Part shown: in pieces, positions 20,458 to 31,265 of the stretch | Layout: every line of letters starts with the position of its first letter | How positions within the stretch are numbered: position 1 is the stretch's first letter | DNA from: Clostridium sp. CAG:492 | Lineage (GTDB): Bacteria > Bacillota > Clostridia > TANB77 > CAG-508 | Reading direction: 5' to 3' | Assembly: GCA_000434335.1 (NCBI GenBank) | Contig: FR878232.1 | Span: 5,066 to 69,065, forward strand | Length of the DNA: 64,000 nt | Made by a program: the position numbers and the translations under genes | The notes under the pieces: generated by a model | Seen by the model: only the letters and a program-made list of their open reading frames with translations | What the model was told of the DNA's origin: nothing | Databases searched by the model: none

Positions 20458-23400
20458 ATGAATGATAATAATGAAGAAGATGACGATGATGTAGTAGTAA
20501 ATGATGAAGCAGTTGATACTACTGATGGAGAAGCAGATAATAACGATGAAGGTTTGCAAAGTCAAAGTGATGTACAAGATGATATGCAAAATATTGCAAA
20601 CTCGATTAATTTAAAAAAAAGAAAAAATAAAGATAAAGCATCTGGAAAAAGATTATTAGCAGCAGGAAAAGCCTTATATCATACTGGTGATGTTTTAGTA
20701 AAAGTTGGAGAAGATACACAAAGAGTAGGTAATGAGATTAAGAACCTAGGAGAAAAGCTAAAAGAAAAAGGAAAGAAAGAAGTCAAAGATGCAACAGAAG
20801 ATTTTAAAACAGGTTTAAAACTTTGTAAAACAGGAGTAGGTGCACTTGTAGGAGTTCCATTATGTTTAAGAAGTATACTAAAAATGATTAAGGGTGGAGC
20901 TACTATACTTGGTGGTAGTATACTTAAGGTAATTGGTAGTTTAATAAACTTTATGGGAAAAGCACTAGCTGCCGTAGGAAAAGCAATGAGAGCCATTGGA
21001 CAAAAGATGATGGAAATTGCCAATAAGAAAATAGCAGAAGCTGGTGGAAATATTTCTAATTTGTCTATGCCAGGAGGAAAAAATGATAAAGATGATGTTG
21101 AAGTTAATTCTATTCCCGGCGTTGGCGGATTATCAGAAACAAAATTAAGTAAAACAAAAAAAATAATAATTATGATAGCAATAGGTGCGGCGATCGTTAT
21201 AGCTTTTGTTTGGATTCTTATGCAAGATTGGGAATCGACAAAGGAAAATGGTAGTGAAGTTACAGGAGATTTAAAAAATGTTCCATATACTGTATCATCT
21301 AAAATAATGGACAATTTGGTTATTGCCACAGATGAATCTGGAGCATATACATATGGGTTTAAAAATGATGATGGTGAAATTGTTGATATAGATCAGGCAA
21401 TTGATTCAGCAATAAAATCATTAGAGGAAAATAAAAGCAAATCATTGTATTATTTGGGTAAGAATACTGATAATAGAAAAGCACTACTAAAAAAAATGAT
21501 TTTAGCGGAAATTGCAACACAATATCCAGATTTAAGTGATTCTGTTGATTTAGGTTTAAGTGGTACAAGTACTTCTGGAACATCAAGTAGTGTAAATAGT
21601 TCAAATGATACAAATAGTAATTCATCTAGTAGTTCAACAAATGTTGATGAAATTATTAAAAATATGACAATTGAAGAAAAAATATATCAAATGATAATGA
21701 TGCAAGCAATAGTAAGTGATGGTTCAAATTATGCGGATACTTCAGTTGGAGGAGTTATTGTTGCAACTAATTCTAATTATGATGCAAATTTAGCAAATAT
21801 TGGATCAAAATATAAAATAACACCTTTTGTTGCTACTGATGATGAAGGTGGAAATGTAGAAAGAGCAGCAACTGGATATAAAACAGCAAGAGAATATGGC
21901 GATTCTGAAGATTATGATGAATTATATAATTCAGAAGTAAAAAAATGCAAAGAATTATTGTCAAAAGGAATTAATTTGAATTTAGGTCCTGTTTCTGATG
22001 TTATTAGTAGTGGCGCATTATATGACCGTAGCTATGGTAGTGATTCTGCTAAGGTTGAAAAATGTATAGAAACAATACTTAAAGCAAGAGCATCAGTTAA
22101 TGTTAGTGGAAATAGTGTAGGATCTACATTAAAACATTATCCGGGTTATCCTGATAATAATACTAATACAGATACAGGAATTGCAAAGGATAATAGATCT
22201 ATTGACAAAATAAATGATAATATAAATGTATTTAAACAAGGAGTAAATAATGGAGCTAATGCTATAATGGTTTCAAATGTAATTTATACAAACTTAGATG
22301 CTAATAATCCAGCTTCATTATCACCAACAATTATTTCAGGATTAAGATCTTCTTTTTCTGGAGTTATAATGACAGATGACATTGGTTCAGCAGCTGGTGT
22401 AAGTAGTATTTCAGATAGATATAAAAAAGCTATCTTAGCTGGAAATGATATGATATTAGTGTGGGATTCTAATTTAAATGACGCATATTCACAAATAAAG
22501 GCAGCAGTTGATAGTGGCGAAATTACTGAAGAGCGTATTAATGAATCTGTTACAAGAATTTTAAATTGGAAGTTGAACGGAGGTACTTTAAGTGGAAATA
22601 ATAGTAGCTCTTCGAATAAAAACTCAGTAAAAGCAACAGCTGGAACTGGAGATGCAAAGACAAGTGAAAAATTTAACAGCTCTTCAAAAATTAATGGTGG
22701 AATTAAAGTGCAAAGAAAACTTGAAAGTGGTAGTGTAATTAATTTAAAATACACATCTACAGAAAATTTTAATGCTTTGATGGCTTCTAATAGTGATGAT
22801 ATAATAAATTATTATACATTACAAAAAAAGGCATCAAGTTCAAGTTCAAAATCTATCGAAGGTGATTTTAGTGGATCTAATAATGCAGAGATAATTTGGA
22901 ATTTTTTAACTAGTAAAGGATTGTCAGAAACGTGTACTGCTGCAATATTAGGAAATTTATATAAAGAAAGTGGACTTAACCCAGGAGTGGAAGAAAACAC
23001 ACCTGCATTAGATAAGGGATACGGTTTGGCACAATGGACATTTGAAAGACGAACACAAATAGAAACATATGCACAGGCTATGAATAAACCTGTAAGTGAT
23101 ATTGAATTACAGTTACAATTTTTATGGTTAGAAATTGATTCAGATGCAGACCATACATATGCAAACCTTCAATGGGGAGGAAGAGATGGATGGCAAGATA
23201 CTAATGGTTTATATCAACGATTTATTAATATGACAGATATAGATGAGGCAACAGCATTTTTCTGCTGGAATCATGAAAGACCAAATGAAGAATATGCTCA
23301 TTTAGAGGGCGAAGATGGAAGAAAAGCTTGGGCTAAAAAGTTTTATGATTTGTATGCAGGTAAAAAATCATCTTCAAGTTCGTCAACTACAAGTAGTAGT

Positions 23401-25521
23401 AAGAAGAATGAGGATTCATCGGATAACGAAAAATCTAATGAAAATAGTAGTGCAACAGAGCAATCTTTTGATAATTACTTATTTATTGGAGACTCAAGAT
23501 ATGAGGGAATATCTAGTGAATTATCAGCATTAGGAAGTAATGTAACAGTATGTGCTGCGACATCTTCTGCTCCAAGTGAATGGATAGATATTGCTAAAAA
23601 TGGATCTGGAACTGTTAAGGGAAAAAGCCAAACATTACCAAGTACTGTAAAAAATGTTTCAATAATGCTTGGTGTAAACAATTTATCTGAAACAGCAGAA
23701 ATGGAATATTTAATGAATGCGTTACACGAAAAATATAGTAGTGCTACAATATATGCAAATAGTGTATTTCACGTTGGATCAGCATATTCTGGAGCAGCTT
23801 CAAATGAAGCAATAGATAAATACAATGACGAAATAAGAAATTTCTGCAATCAAAATAGCTCTTGGGCAAAATATATTGATGTTACAAATGGATTAAATGA
23901 TGAATCTGGATACTTAAAATCTGAATATGCTACATCTGATGGATTACATATTGGATCAACAGAGGGAAAAACAACATTAGTAAACAATATTGAAACAGCA
24001 ATAACTGGTGCATCTTCAACAGGAAGCACAACTACGAGCGATGTTGCTGCATCTTCATTACCAGGATATACAATTGTTGTTGCAAATAGAACTAGTACAA
24101 TAACAAATGTTGTTGAAAGTTACCAATATACAGGAACAAGTTATACAGATATTGGACATAGCAGTTATATTGATAATGGAAAAAGATGGTCAAATCCAAG
24201 TAGTGGTCCAAAAAGTAATAGAACAACAGCAGTATATTCACCAACAGCTGTTGCATACCAAGAGGCTTTGAAAAATTATACATTATACTTTAATTTTTTG
24301 TGGGCAGTTTTAGTTGATACAGAAAATATAAATCTTGTAGGAGAATGGGCAGATTTAGTTTGCGATAATGTTGGAAAAAATTCAAAAGTAGTTGTAACAG
24401 TATACTCAGATGTAGAAACTACAACAACTCAAACAGAGAATTCGAGAGTACAAAGTTTTATATCAAATGAAAATGGAATTGTTATTGATGACACATATAA
24501 TGTAACAGAAATAATATATTCAACTATATCAAAAATGAAATCAAAATTAGCTGTTACATATGCAGATACATGGTTGATGAAATATGAAAATAATGCAGAA
24601 ACGTATGATGAATATACATCAAAATCGAAAGAAAGTATAACTGAAAAAGTGGACATTGATGATGAAAATGAAACTAAATCTACAGATACTAATGATGATA
24701 AAGAAAAAAATGCAATTGAAATTTTAAAAGAAAATGATGTATCACTTAGAACAATGAAAAAAGAGAAAAAAATAATAAAAGAAATGTTAAGCTCTAGTGA
24801 AAAAGTAAGTTTTATGGTTGATATATTGGACTATATTTTGGATAAAGCAAGTGGAAATGATACAGAAGAAAATGCATTATCGAAATTATTAGATGTAAGT
24901 TCATTTAATTTGAATACATTTACTCCAACAAGTGGAACTTCGTCAAATGGAGAAGCACTTGCAGGTGGTTCAATAGAAAGTGTAAATGGAGGAGGATATC
25001 GAACTAAATTTACAACTGGAGGTAGAACATTTGTTGAATATAAACAAGGTTGGGGGAATACTGCACCTTGGGGGAATGTATATGTAAATGGCTGGAGTAG
25101 TGGAAGCAATATGGGAAATTCTGGATGTGCATTAACATCAATTGCAGTTATCGCAACTGGATATGGCGTTAATATTTCACCTCAAGATGTTGCTGATCTT
25201 GTAAATAGTGGCGAATATAATTGGGGAGATCTTTTAGGTATAACTAAACATTACATTGGAAAATCTTGTGAGTGGCAAACAACTGGAGATATTCAACATG
25301 CAATAATAAATCAATTAAAAGCTGGTAAGCCTTGTATGGTGCATACTACTGTTAATTATCCAGATGGACATTTTCTTACAGTTTTGGCATACAACGAGGA
25401 GACACAAGAAGTTTATGTTTCTAATGTTGGTGGATGGTATGATGATGATCCAACAAGAAATGGTTGGCAACCAGTAGAAAAATTGAGTGAATATGATGAA
25501 TGTATGTTAATTGGTGATTAG
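20458..25521 (+). CDS. multidomain cell-wall hydrolase (GH3 NagZ-like, lysozyme-like muramidase, SGNH esterase, C39/CHAP-like Cys peptidase) with an N-terminal TM
   Basis: KHYPGYPD and GVIMTDDIGS / AGNDMIL (GH3). AAILGNLYKESGLNP...GYGLAQWT (phage-tail-lysozyme-like). FIGDSRYEG ... GVNN ... DGLHIG (SGNH). GNSGCALTSIAV ... DGHFLTVLAYN ... VYVSNVGG (papain-like). The ATG at 20458 follows the RBS AGGAAAGGAGG. Confidence 0.6.
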   Translation: MNDNNEEDDDDVVVNDEAVDTTDGEADNNDEGLQSQSDVQDDMQNIANSINLKKRKNKDKASGKRLLAAGKALYHTGDVLVKVGEDTQRVGNEIKNLGEKLKEKGKKEVKDATEDFKTGLKLCKTGVGALVGVPLCLRSILKMIKGGATILGGSILKVIGSLINFMGKALAAVGKAMRAIGQKMMEIANKKIAEAGGNISNLSMPGGKNDKDDVEVNSIPGVGGLSETKLSKTKKIIIMIAIGAAIVIAFVWILMQDWESTKENGSEVTGDLKNVPYTVSSKIMDNLVIATDESGAYTYGFKNDDGEIVDIDQAIDSAIKSLEENKSKSLYYLGKNTDNRKALLKKMILAEIATQYPDLSDSVDLGLSGTSTSGTSSSVNSSNDTNSNSSSSSTNVDEIIKNMTIEEKIYQMIMMQAIVSDGSNYADTSVGGVIVATNSNYDANLANIGSKYKITPFVATDDEGGNVERAATGYKTAREYGDSEDYDELYNSEVKKCKELLSKGINLNLGPVSDVISSGALYDRSYGSDSAKVEKCIETILKARASVNVSGNSVGSTLKHYPGYPDNNTNTDTGIAKDNRSIDKINDNINVFKQGVNNGANAIMVSNVIYTNLDANNPASLSPTIISGLRSSFSGVIMTDDIGSAAGVSSISDRYKKAILAGNDMILVWDSNLNDAYSQIKAAVDSGEITEERINESVTRILNWKLNGGTLSGNNSSSSNKNSVKATAGTGDAKTSEKFNSSSKINGGIKVQRKLESGSVINLKYTSTENFNALMASNSDDIINYYTLQKKASSSSSKSIEGDFSGSNNAEIIWNFLTSKGLSETCTAAILGNLYKESGLNPGVEENTPALDKGYGLAQWTFERRTQIETYAQAMNKPVSDIELQLQFLWLEIDSDADHTYANLQWGGRDGWQDTNGLYQRFINMTDIDEATAFFCWNHERPNEEYAHLEGEDGRKAWAKKFYDLYAGKKSSSSSSTTSSSKKNEDSSDNEKSNENSSATEQSFDNYLFIGDSRYEGISSELSALGSNVTVCAATSSAPSEWIDIAKNGSGTVKGKSQTLPSTVKNVSIMLGVNNLSETAEMEYLMNALHEKYSSATIYANSVFHVGSAYSGAASNEAIDKYNDEIRNFCNQNSSWAKYIDVTNGLNDESGYLKSEYATSDGLHIGSTEGKTTLVNNIETAITGASSTGSTTTSDVAASSLPGYTIVVANRTSTITNVVESYQYTGTSYTDIGHSSYIDNGKRWSNPSSGPKSNRTTAVYSPTAVAYQEALKNYTLYFNFLWAVLVDTENINLVGEWADLVCDNVGKNSKVVVTVYSDVETTTTQTENSRVQSFISNENGIVIDDTYNVTEIIYSTISKMKSKLAVTYADTWLMKYENNAETYDEYTSKSKESITEKVDIDDENETKSTDTNDDKEKNAIEILKENDVSLRTMKKEKKIIKEMLSSSEKVSFMVDILDYILDKASGNDTEENALSKLLDVSSFNLNTFTPTSGTSSNGEALAGGSIESVNGGGYRTKFTTGGRTFVEYKQGWGNTAPWGNVYVNGWSSGSNMGNSGCALTSIAVIATGYGVNISPQDVADLVNSGEYNWGDLLGITKHYIGKSCEWQTTGDIQHAIINQLKAGKPCMVHTTVNYPDGHFLTVLAYNEETQEVYVSNVGGWYDDDPTRNGWQPVEKLSEYDECMLIGD

Positions 25522-25534
25522 GGAGGTGCTTTAT

Positions 25535-26872
25535 GTGGAAGAAGATAAAAAGAAAATAATTGTTAGAGTTATAATTTGGATAATAATACTATTAATCATT
25601 TTGGCATTATTATTACTAAAGTTTAATAAAAAAAATAATAATACAAATACAATACAAAATAACAATGGGCAAAATTTTAATAGTACAAATAGTGGAAATA
25701 ATACAGCGGCACCTCGACTAGATACTGGTGATACTAATATAGATGAATTAAAAAGTAGTAAAATTTTAATTAAACTTCAGGATTGTATAAATCAATATTA
25801 TGATTACATTGATTCTAAAAATGCAACAGCTTTAATTAATGTATTAGATGCAGATTATATAAAGGAAAAGTCAATAAATGAAAAAAATGTTATAAATAAT
25901 GTTGATGTAATAAATGAAGAAACTAAAATTTTTATAGAAAAAGCGTATTCACAAGTGTTATCATATGATAAAGAATATAAGTGCTATGTTTACGGTGAGG
26001 CATATAATAATAATTTAAAAAAAATTTCTAATTATATGTATATAGTGTATTTAAATACATTTGATAAAGCTTTTTATATAATACCTTGTGGTACAATGAG
26101 TGAAAGTGAATTTTCTATAAAAATAAATCAAGTTAATAATAATACAACAAAAACTAGTACAGAATCTACAAGGGTTAAGTTAAATAATTATAATAAATTT
26201 GAATTTTCTTCTGATAGTGAATTAATTAAAAATATAATTTTAAATGATTTTAAATATTATAACTTTTTGCAGGTTAATGATAAAAATAGACAATATATGT
26301 TATTAGATGAAAATTATAGAAGTAAACGATTTGGAGGAATAGAAAATTTTAATTCGAATTTTCAATACCTAAATATGAATTTACAATATGTTAAAAGAAG
26401 TTATTATAATGACAGAACAATATATATAGGAATTGATAATAATGGAAAATATTATATTGTTTCTGAAAAAACACCAACTAACTTTAGTATAATGTTAGAC
26501 TCATATACAATACCCCTATCAGAAACAACAAAAAAATACACATCATCGTCTGAGCAACAAAAAGCTTGTATGTGCTTAGAGCAAGTGAAAGAAATGATTA
26601 ATAATAAAGATTATAAAAGTGTTTATAATCATCTAAATAATACATTCAAAAACAATAATTTTGAAACACAAGATAAATTAGTATCATATATAAAGGGAAA
26701 ATTTTATGACTTGAATAATTTTGAGTATGAATCATATCAGGTTTCAAATAATAGCTATATAATTACTGTAAAGATAATAGATGCTACTGATGAAACTAAA
26801 AGTTTTACAATGAGTTTTGTAGTAAAATTAGCAGATAGCATAGAAAAATTTGAAATGTCATTTGGAATTTAA
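25535..26872 (+). CDS. membrane-anchored hypothetical protein (in the T4SS operon)
   Basis: GTG at 25535 follows the RBS AGGGAGGTG. N-terminal TM; Asn-rich. Confidence 0.4.
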   Translation: MEEDKKKIIVRVIIWIIILLIILALLLLKFNKKNNNTNTIQNNNGQNFNSTNSGNNTAAPRLDTGDTNIDELKSSKILIKLQDCINQYYDYIDSKNATALINVLDADYIKEKSINEKNVINNVDVINEETKIFIEKAYSQVLSYDKEYKCYVYGEAYNNNLKKISNYMYIVYLNTFDKAFYIIPCGTMSESEFSIKINQVNNNTTKTSTESTRVKLNNYNKFEFSSDSELIKNIILNDFKYYNFLQVNDKNRQYMLLDENYRSKRFGGIENFNSNFQYLNMNLQYVKRSYYNDRTIYIGIDNNGKYYIVSEKTPTNFSIMLDSYTIPLSETTKKYTSSSEQQKACMCLEQVKEMINNKDYKSVYNHLNNTFKNNNFETQDKLVSYIKGKFYDLNNFEYESYQVSNNSYIITVKIIDATDETKSFTMSFVVKLADSIEKFEMSFGI

Positions 26873-26889
26873 TATGTTATTAAAGGAAA

Positions 26890-26935
26890 AAGTTTGAAAG
26901 CAGTACAATTTATACGGTTTTTCAAACTTTATTTC
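26890..26935 (+). terminator. rho-independent terminator
   Basis: AAAGTTTGAAA...TTTCAAACTTT 11-bp stem followed by a T-rich run. Confidence 0.5.
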
Positions 26936-26960
26936 TTAAAAGAAAGGAAAGTGAATATAA

Positions 26961-28460
26961 ATGAGTGATATGAAAGAGCTTACAAGAACGATACAAAGTG
27001 ATGTATTAAAGTTAATGCAAGAGCAGGATAATGAAAACGAAAGATTTTTATATGCAATTCCATATAATGAGTTTTATTTAACACAACCATCAAATGAAAA
27101 CGAAGTAGCACTAAAGCTTAATGAAATAGTCCTAATTGTAAAGGAAATGATAGTTAATAAGTTTGGTGAAACAAAACGAAAATTTGAATTATATAATAAT
27201 GAGTTACAAAAAATTGGGACAGCAGTTGAAGGAGAAAACTTTATTGCTGATAAAGAAATTTTATGTAGTATTATTGAAATGCAGCAAAGAGCGTTAAACA
27301 ATCTAGGAGGTAATTATAGAATTGCTGGCATAGATTCAATAGATACTGAAGGGAAAATTGAGTCATATTTTGAAATGATAAACAGAAAACTAGTTGTTTT
27401 GAATGAAAGGCAAAAAGAAAAATATGATATGTTAAAACGTAATTATGAAAGAAGTATATCTGGTGTAAGTTATAATAAAAAAGTAGATAAAAACGAAAAA
27501 TTTAACAAAGGAATTAGCGAGCAGATAGAAAATGGAAACATAAATAATGGAGAAAATGCAGAAGCAATGAAAGAAATTGCCGAACAAGATTTAGGTTTTG
27601 AAATTTCAAAAATAACTCCAATTGAGGATGACTTATTTTATGATAATAATCCGCAAATAGATAGATATAGAGCATTTCTTGTAGTTGATAGAGAAATGAA
27701 ACCTCAAATTGTTGCTATGAAAAATGGAAAATTAGAAAAAGCAGACGGTTTTGATGAAGCAACCAAAAGAACAGGTGAAGCAGCTATAATGAGAAATGAT
27801 GGTAAAAATTTAGAGCAAAATCATACATATGGTGAAATAAGAAGAAATAACGATGGAGCTGATAGCTTGGTTTACTCAATAGAAATAGGAACATATGGAG
27901 AACCAAAATTATTAGAGAAGAGACCTAATGGAGGTAGTAAATTTCAGCAACAAAATGAATATTTAGTAAGAGAGGTACAAACAAGTAATACAAATTATGA
28001 AGATATCAACAGAGAAGGTGATACTAGAGAAAATATAACTCGACAAATTTTTTCTGAAAGACCAGGTTATAATGATGATAGTCATCCAGACAATATAAGT
28101 GAACAAAATAAGAAGATTGTAAGTGATATGGCCGATAATAAAGAAAGTGATTTTACTCCTGAATCATTAGCAGAAGATAAAAATATTAAAGCAAATGAAG
28201 CAATGAAAAAGATAAAAGAAGAGCTAAAAAAACAAGGAATAGACTACAATTCATCTGATGATGAGAAAATAAGGAATGATGTTATGAGTTCTATAGAAAA
28301 TAATGGAAAGATTTTTTGTGAAGAAGAAGTACAACAATATTGCAAAAATTTTAAACAATATAAAATAGAACAAGAACAGGAAAATAAAAATTCAAAAGAT
28401 GATGAAGATGAGGGAAGAAACAGATTAGAAGAAATATTAAAAAAGTTTAAGGGATACTAA
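26961..28460 (+). CDS. hypothetical acidic protein (499 aa)
   Basis: Long ORF with an RBS. No recognisable domain. Confidence 0.4.
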   Translation: MSDMKELTRTIQSDVLKLMQEQDNENERFLYAIPYNEFYLTQPSNENEVALKLNEIVLIVKEMIVNKFGETKRKFELYNNELQKIGTAVEGENFIADKEILCSIIEMQQRALNNLGGNYRIAGIDSIDTEGKIESYFEMINRKLVVLNERQKEKYDMLKRNYERSISGVSYNKKVDKNEKFNKGISEQIENGNINNGENAEAMKEIAEQDLGFEISKITPIEDDLFYDNNPQIDRYRAFLVVDREMKPQIVAMKNGKLEKADGFDEATKRTGEAAIMRNDGKNLEQNHTYGEIRRNNDGADSLVYSIEIGTYGEPKLLEKRPNGGSKFQQQNEYLVREVQTSNTNYEDINREGDTRENITRQIFSERPGYNDDSHPDNISEQNKKIVSDMADNKESDFTPESLAEDKNIKANEAMKKIKEELKKQGIDYNSSDDEKIRNDVMSSIENNGKIFCEEEVQQYCKNFKQYKIEQEQENKNSKDDEDEGRNRLEEILKKFKGY

Positions 28461-28555
28461 AAAACATCTTGAATAAATTTCCATATTTATATTATAATAT
28501 GAATATGAAAATTTATTTTTTTGCTCTAACAAGCGAAAAGAAAGGATTTTATGGT

Positions 28556-29821
28556 ATGAATTATAATAAAAGTATAATTAAAAATGGAATTACATTTCAC
28601 AAGGTAACAACAAATAAGTTTAAAACAAATTTATTTGCAATATTTTTAACTACACCAATTACAAGGGAAACAGTAACAAAAAATGCTTTAATTAGTGCAG
28701 TTTTAAGACGAGGAACTAATAATATTTCAACACAAGAGGGTATATCAAAAGAGCTTGAAAATATGTATGGAGCAAGTTTTGACTGTGGTATCGAAAAAAA
28801 TGGAGATAACCAAATTTTAAAATTTTATATTGAATCAATTAACGACGAATTTTTACCAAAGCAAGAAAATTTAGCACAAAAATCTTTACAATTATTATCA
28901 GATATAGTTTTTAATCCTTATACAGAAAATGGAACTTTCAAAAAAGAATATGTAGATGGAGAAAAAAATACTTTAAAACAATTAATAGAAGGAAAAATTG
29001 ATAACAAGACTAAATATGCTTTAGATAGATGCCTAGAAGAAATGTTCAAAAATGAGCCATATGGATTATATAAATTTGGATACACAGAGGACCTAGAAAA
29101 AATTACAGAGCAAGATTTATATAATCAATACCAAAATTTAATATCAAATTGTAAAATAGATGTGTTTGTATCTGGTTTCAATATAGAAAATTTAAACGAG
29201 AATGAAATTTTAGCTGATTTAAACGAAAGAACAGCAACATATATACCAACAGACATAAAAACAGAAGACAAGCAAATAAATAAGCCAAAACAAATTACAG
29301 AAAAAATGAATATTACACAAGGCAAATTGATGATAGGATTAGATATAAATGATTTAAAGGAAGATGAGCAATATATCGCATCAATGTACAATGTAATATT
29401 AGGAGGAGGGGCAAATTCTAAACTATTCCAAAACGTAAGAGAAAAAGCGAGTTTAGCCTACACAGCAGGTTCTGGATATTTAAAAGCTAAAAGCATAATA
29501 ATAATTAGATGCGGAATAGAAATTAAAAATTACGAAAAAGCTGTAGAAATAATAAAAGAACAATTAAACCAAATGTTAACAGGTGATTTTTCAGAAGAAG
29601 ATATAGAAAGCGCAAAACAACTAATATATGCATCAGTAAAAAGCATACCAGATACTCAAGACGGGGAGCTAATGTACTACTTTGCTCAAGAGCTATCAAA
29701 TAAATTTGTTAGTTTAGATGAATATATAACTAATATAAAGAAAGTGACAAAAGCGGAAATATTAAAAATAGCACAAAAAATAAAAATAAATACAATATAT
29801 TTCCTAACGGGCCAAGAATAA
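28556..29821 (+). CDS. M16-family peptidase, non-catalytic partner subunit
   Basis: M16 fold-like, lacks the HxxEH motif, paired with the downstream catalytic M16 gene. ATG at 28556 chosen over the upstream ORF-track start. Confidence 0.5.
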   Translation: MNYNKSIIKNGITFHKVTTNKFKTNLFAIFLTTPITRETVTKNALISAVLRRGTNNISTQEGISKELENMYGASFDCGIEKNGDNQILKFYIESINDEFLPKQENLAQKSLQLLSDIVFNPYTENGTFKKEYVDGEKNTLKQLIEGKIDNKTKYALDRCLEEMFKNEPYGLYKFGYTEDLEKITEQDLYNQYQNLISNCKIDVFVSGFNIENLNENEILADLNERTATYIPTDIKTEDKQINKPKQITEKMNITQGKLMIGLDINDLKEDEQYIASMYNVILGGGANSKLFQNVREKASLAYTAGSGYLKAKSIIIIRCGIEIKNYEKAVEIIKEQLNQMLTGDFSEEDIESAKQLIYASVKSIPDTQDGELMYYFAQELSNKFVSLDEYITNIKKVTKAEILKIAQKIKINTIYFLTGQE

Positions 29822-29949
29822 AAATTTAATTTAGTGACGGATTTTAAAGTTTATAGAATTTGAAAAATTAGTAAACTAGCAAATTTTAAAAAATTTGTAA
29901 TTCACAAAATGCAAAATTTAGTAAATGAAAGGAGAACTTTTATAAAAGG

Positions 29950-31227
29950 ATGAAAATATTAGATTGTTTAAAAATAAAAGAAAAAGCATATATTGAAGAC
30001 CTTGATAATGGACTAAAGGTTATTATTGTTCCCAAAAAGGAAAGTACCAAAAAATTTGTAATATGGGGAACTAAATTTGGTTCAATTGATAATAAATTTA
30101 TATTGCCAGAAACAGGTGAAGAAGTTACTGTTCCAGATGGCGTTGCACACTTTTTAGAGCATAAAATGTTTGAGCAACCAAATGGAACAAACAGCCTAGA
30201 TACAATGATGGCTTTAGGACTAGATGCAAATGCATATACAACAAATGACCATACTGCATATTTATTTGAATGTAGTGAAGACGAAAATTTTTATAAAGGT
30301 TTAGATGAACTTATGGATTATGTTCAAAGTCCATATTATACAAATGAAAATGTTGAAAAAGAAAAAGGAATAATTGGCCAAGAAATAATGATGTATGACG
30401 ATGACCCAGGATTTCAGTTATATTTAAATACTTTAAAATGCTTATATTCAAAATGTCCAATTAGAATTGATATAGCTGGAAGTATTGATTCTATAGCACC
30501 AATAAATCCAGACATATTATACAAGTGTTATAATACATTTTATAATCCATCAAATATGGTGCTTGTTGTATGTGGAAATTTTGAACCACAAAATATTTTA
30601 GAAGAAATAAAAAAACGTTTAAAACCTTCTAAAAATATTGGAGAAATACACAGAATTTATGAAGAAGAGCCAAAAGAAATAAATGAAAAACATATGGAAA
30701 AATCAATGTCTGTAAGTATGCCAATTTTTATGATTGGTATAAAAGACAAAATTGTAAATCCATCAGAGCGTGTAAGAAGACATATGGCTATTGAAGTTAT
30801 TTTAAATTTACTCATAGGTAAAAGTTCTAATTTGTATAAGAAATTATATGAAGAGCAAATATTACTAGGAGAAGCAGATTCTGAATATGAATTTTCAAAT
30901 CAATATGCACATATATTAATAAGTGGACAGTCAAATAATCCACAATTGGTACAAAATATGTTGATAACTGAAATTGAAAAGTTAAAAAATAATGGTTTTG
31001 TGGCAGAAGATTTTGAAAGAATGAAACGAAAAATATATGGAGAATTTGTAACAGAGTTTAATGATGTTGCAAGCATTTCCAGAATGTTTTTGGCAGATAC
31101 CGTAAAACAAATTAATTCATTTGATTATGTAGATGAATATGACAATATTACAATGGAATACGCAAAAGAGCTATTGAATGAAGTGTTTGTAGAAGATAAA
31201 ATGGTATTGTCAGTAATTAAAAATTAA
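29950..31227 (+). CDS. M16-family zinc peptidase (insulinase-like), catalytic subunit
   Basis: Inverted zinc motif HFLEH followed by the downstream Glu region. Confidence 0.65.
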   Translation: MKILDCLKIKEKAYIEDLDNGLKVIIVPKKESTKKFVIWGTKFGSIDNKFILPETGEEVTVPDGVAHFLEHKMFEQPNGTNSLDTMMALGLDANAYTTNDHTAYLFECSEDENFYKGLDELMDYVQSPYYTNENVEKEKGIIGQEIMMYDDDPGFQLYLNTLKCLYSKCPIRIDIAGSIDSIAPINPDILYKCYNTFYNPSNMVLVVCGNFEPQNILEEIKKRLKPSKNIGEIHRIYEEEPKEINEKHMEKSMSVSMPIFMIGIKDKIVNPSERVRRHMAIEVILNLLIGKSSNLYKKLYEEQILLGEADSEYEFSNQYAHILISGQSNNPQLVQNMLITEIEKLKNNGFVAEDFERMKRKIYGEFVTEFNDVASISRMFLADTVKQINSFDYVDEYDNITMEYAKELLNEVFVEDKMVLSVIKN

Positions 31228-31265
31228 GTTTTATAGAAAAATATAGTTTATAAAAGGTAAAAAAT

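Larger units (their letters stand above)
10914..28460 (+). mobile_element. conjugative T4SS gene cluster (MPF-FA type; ICE/CTn-like). Boundaries and relaxase not defined in this window
   Basis: Co-oriented VirB2-like x3, VirB3-like, VirB4 x2, VirB6-like, TcpC-like, a giant hydrolase and accessory genes. The cognate T4CP lies at 3776-5810. Confidence 0.4.
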
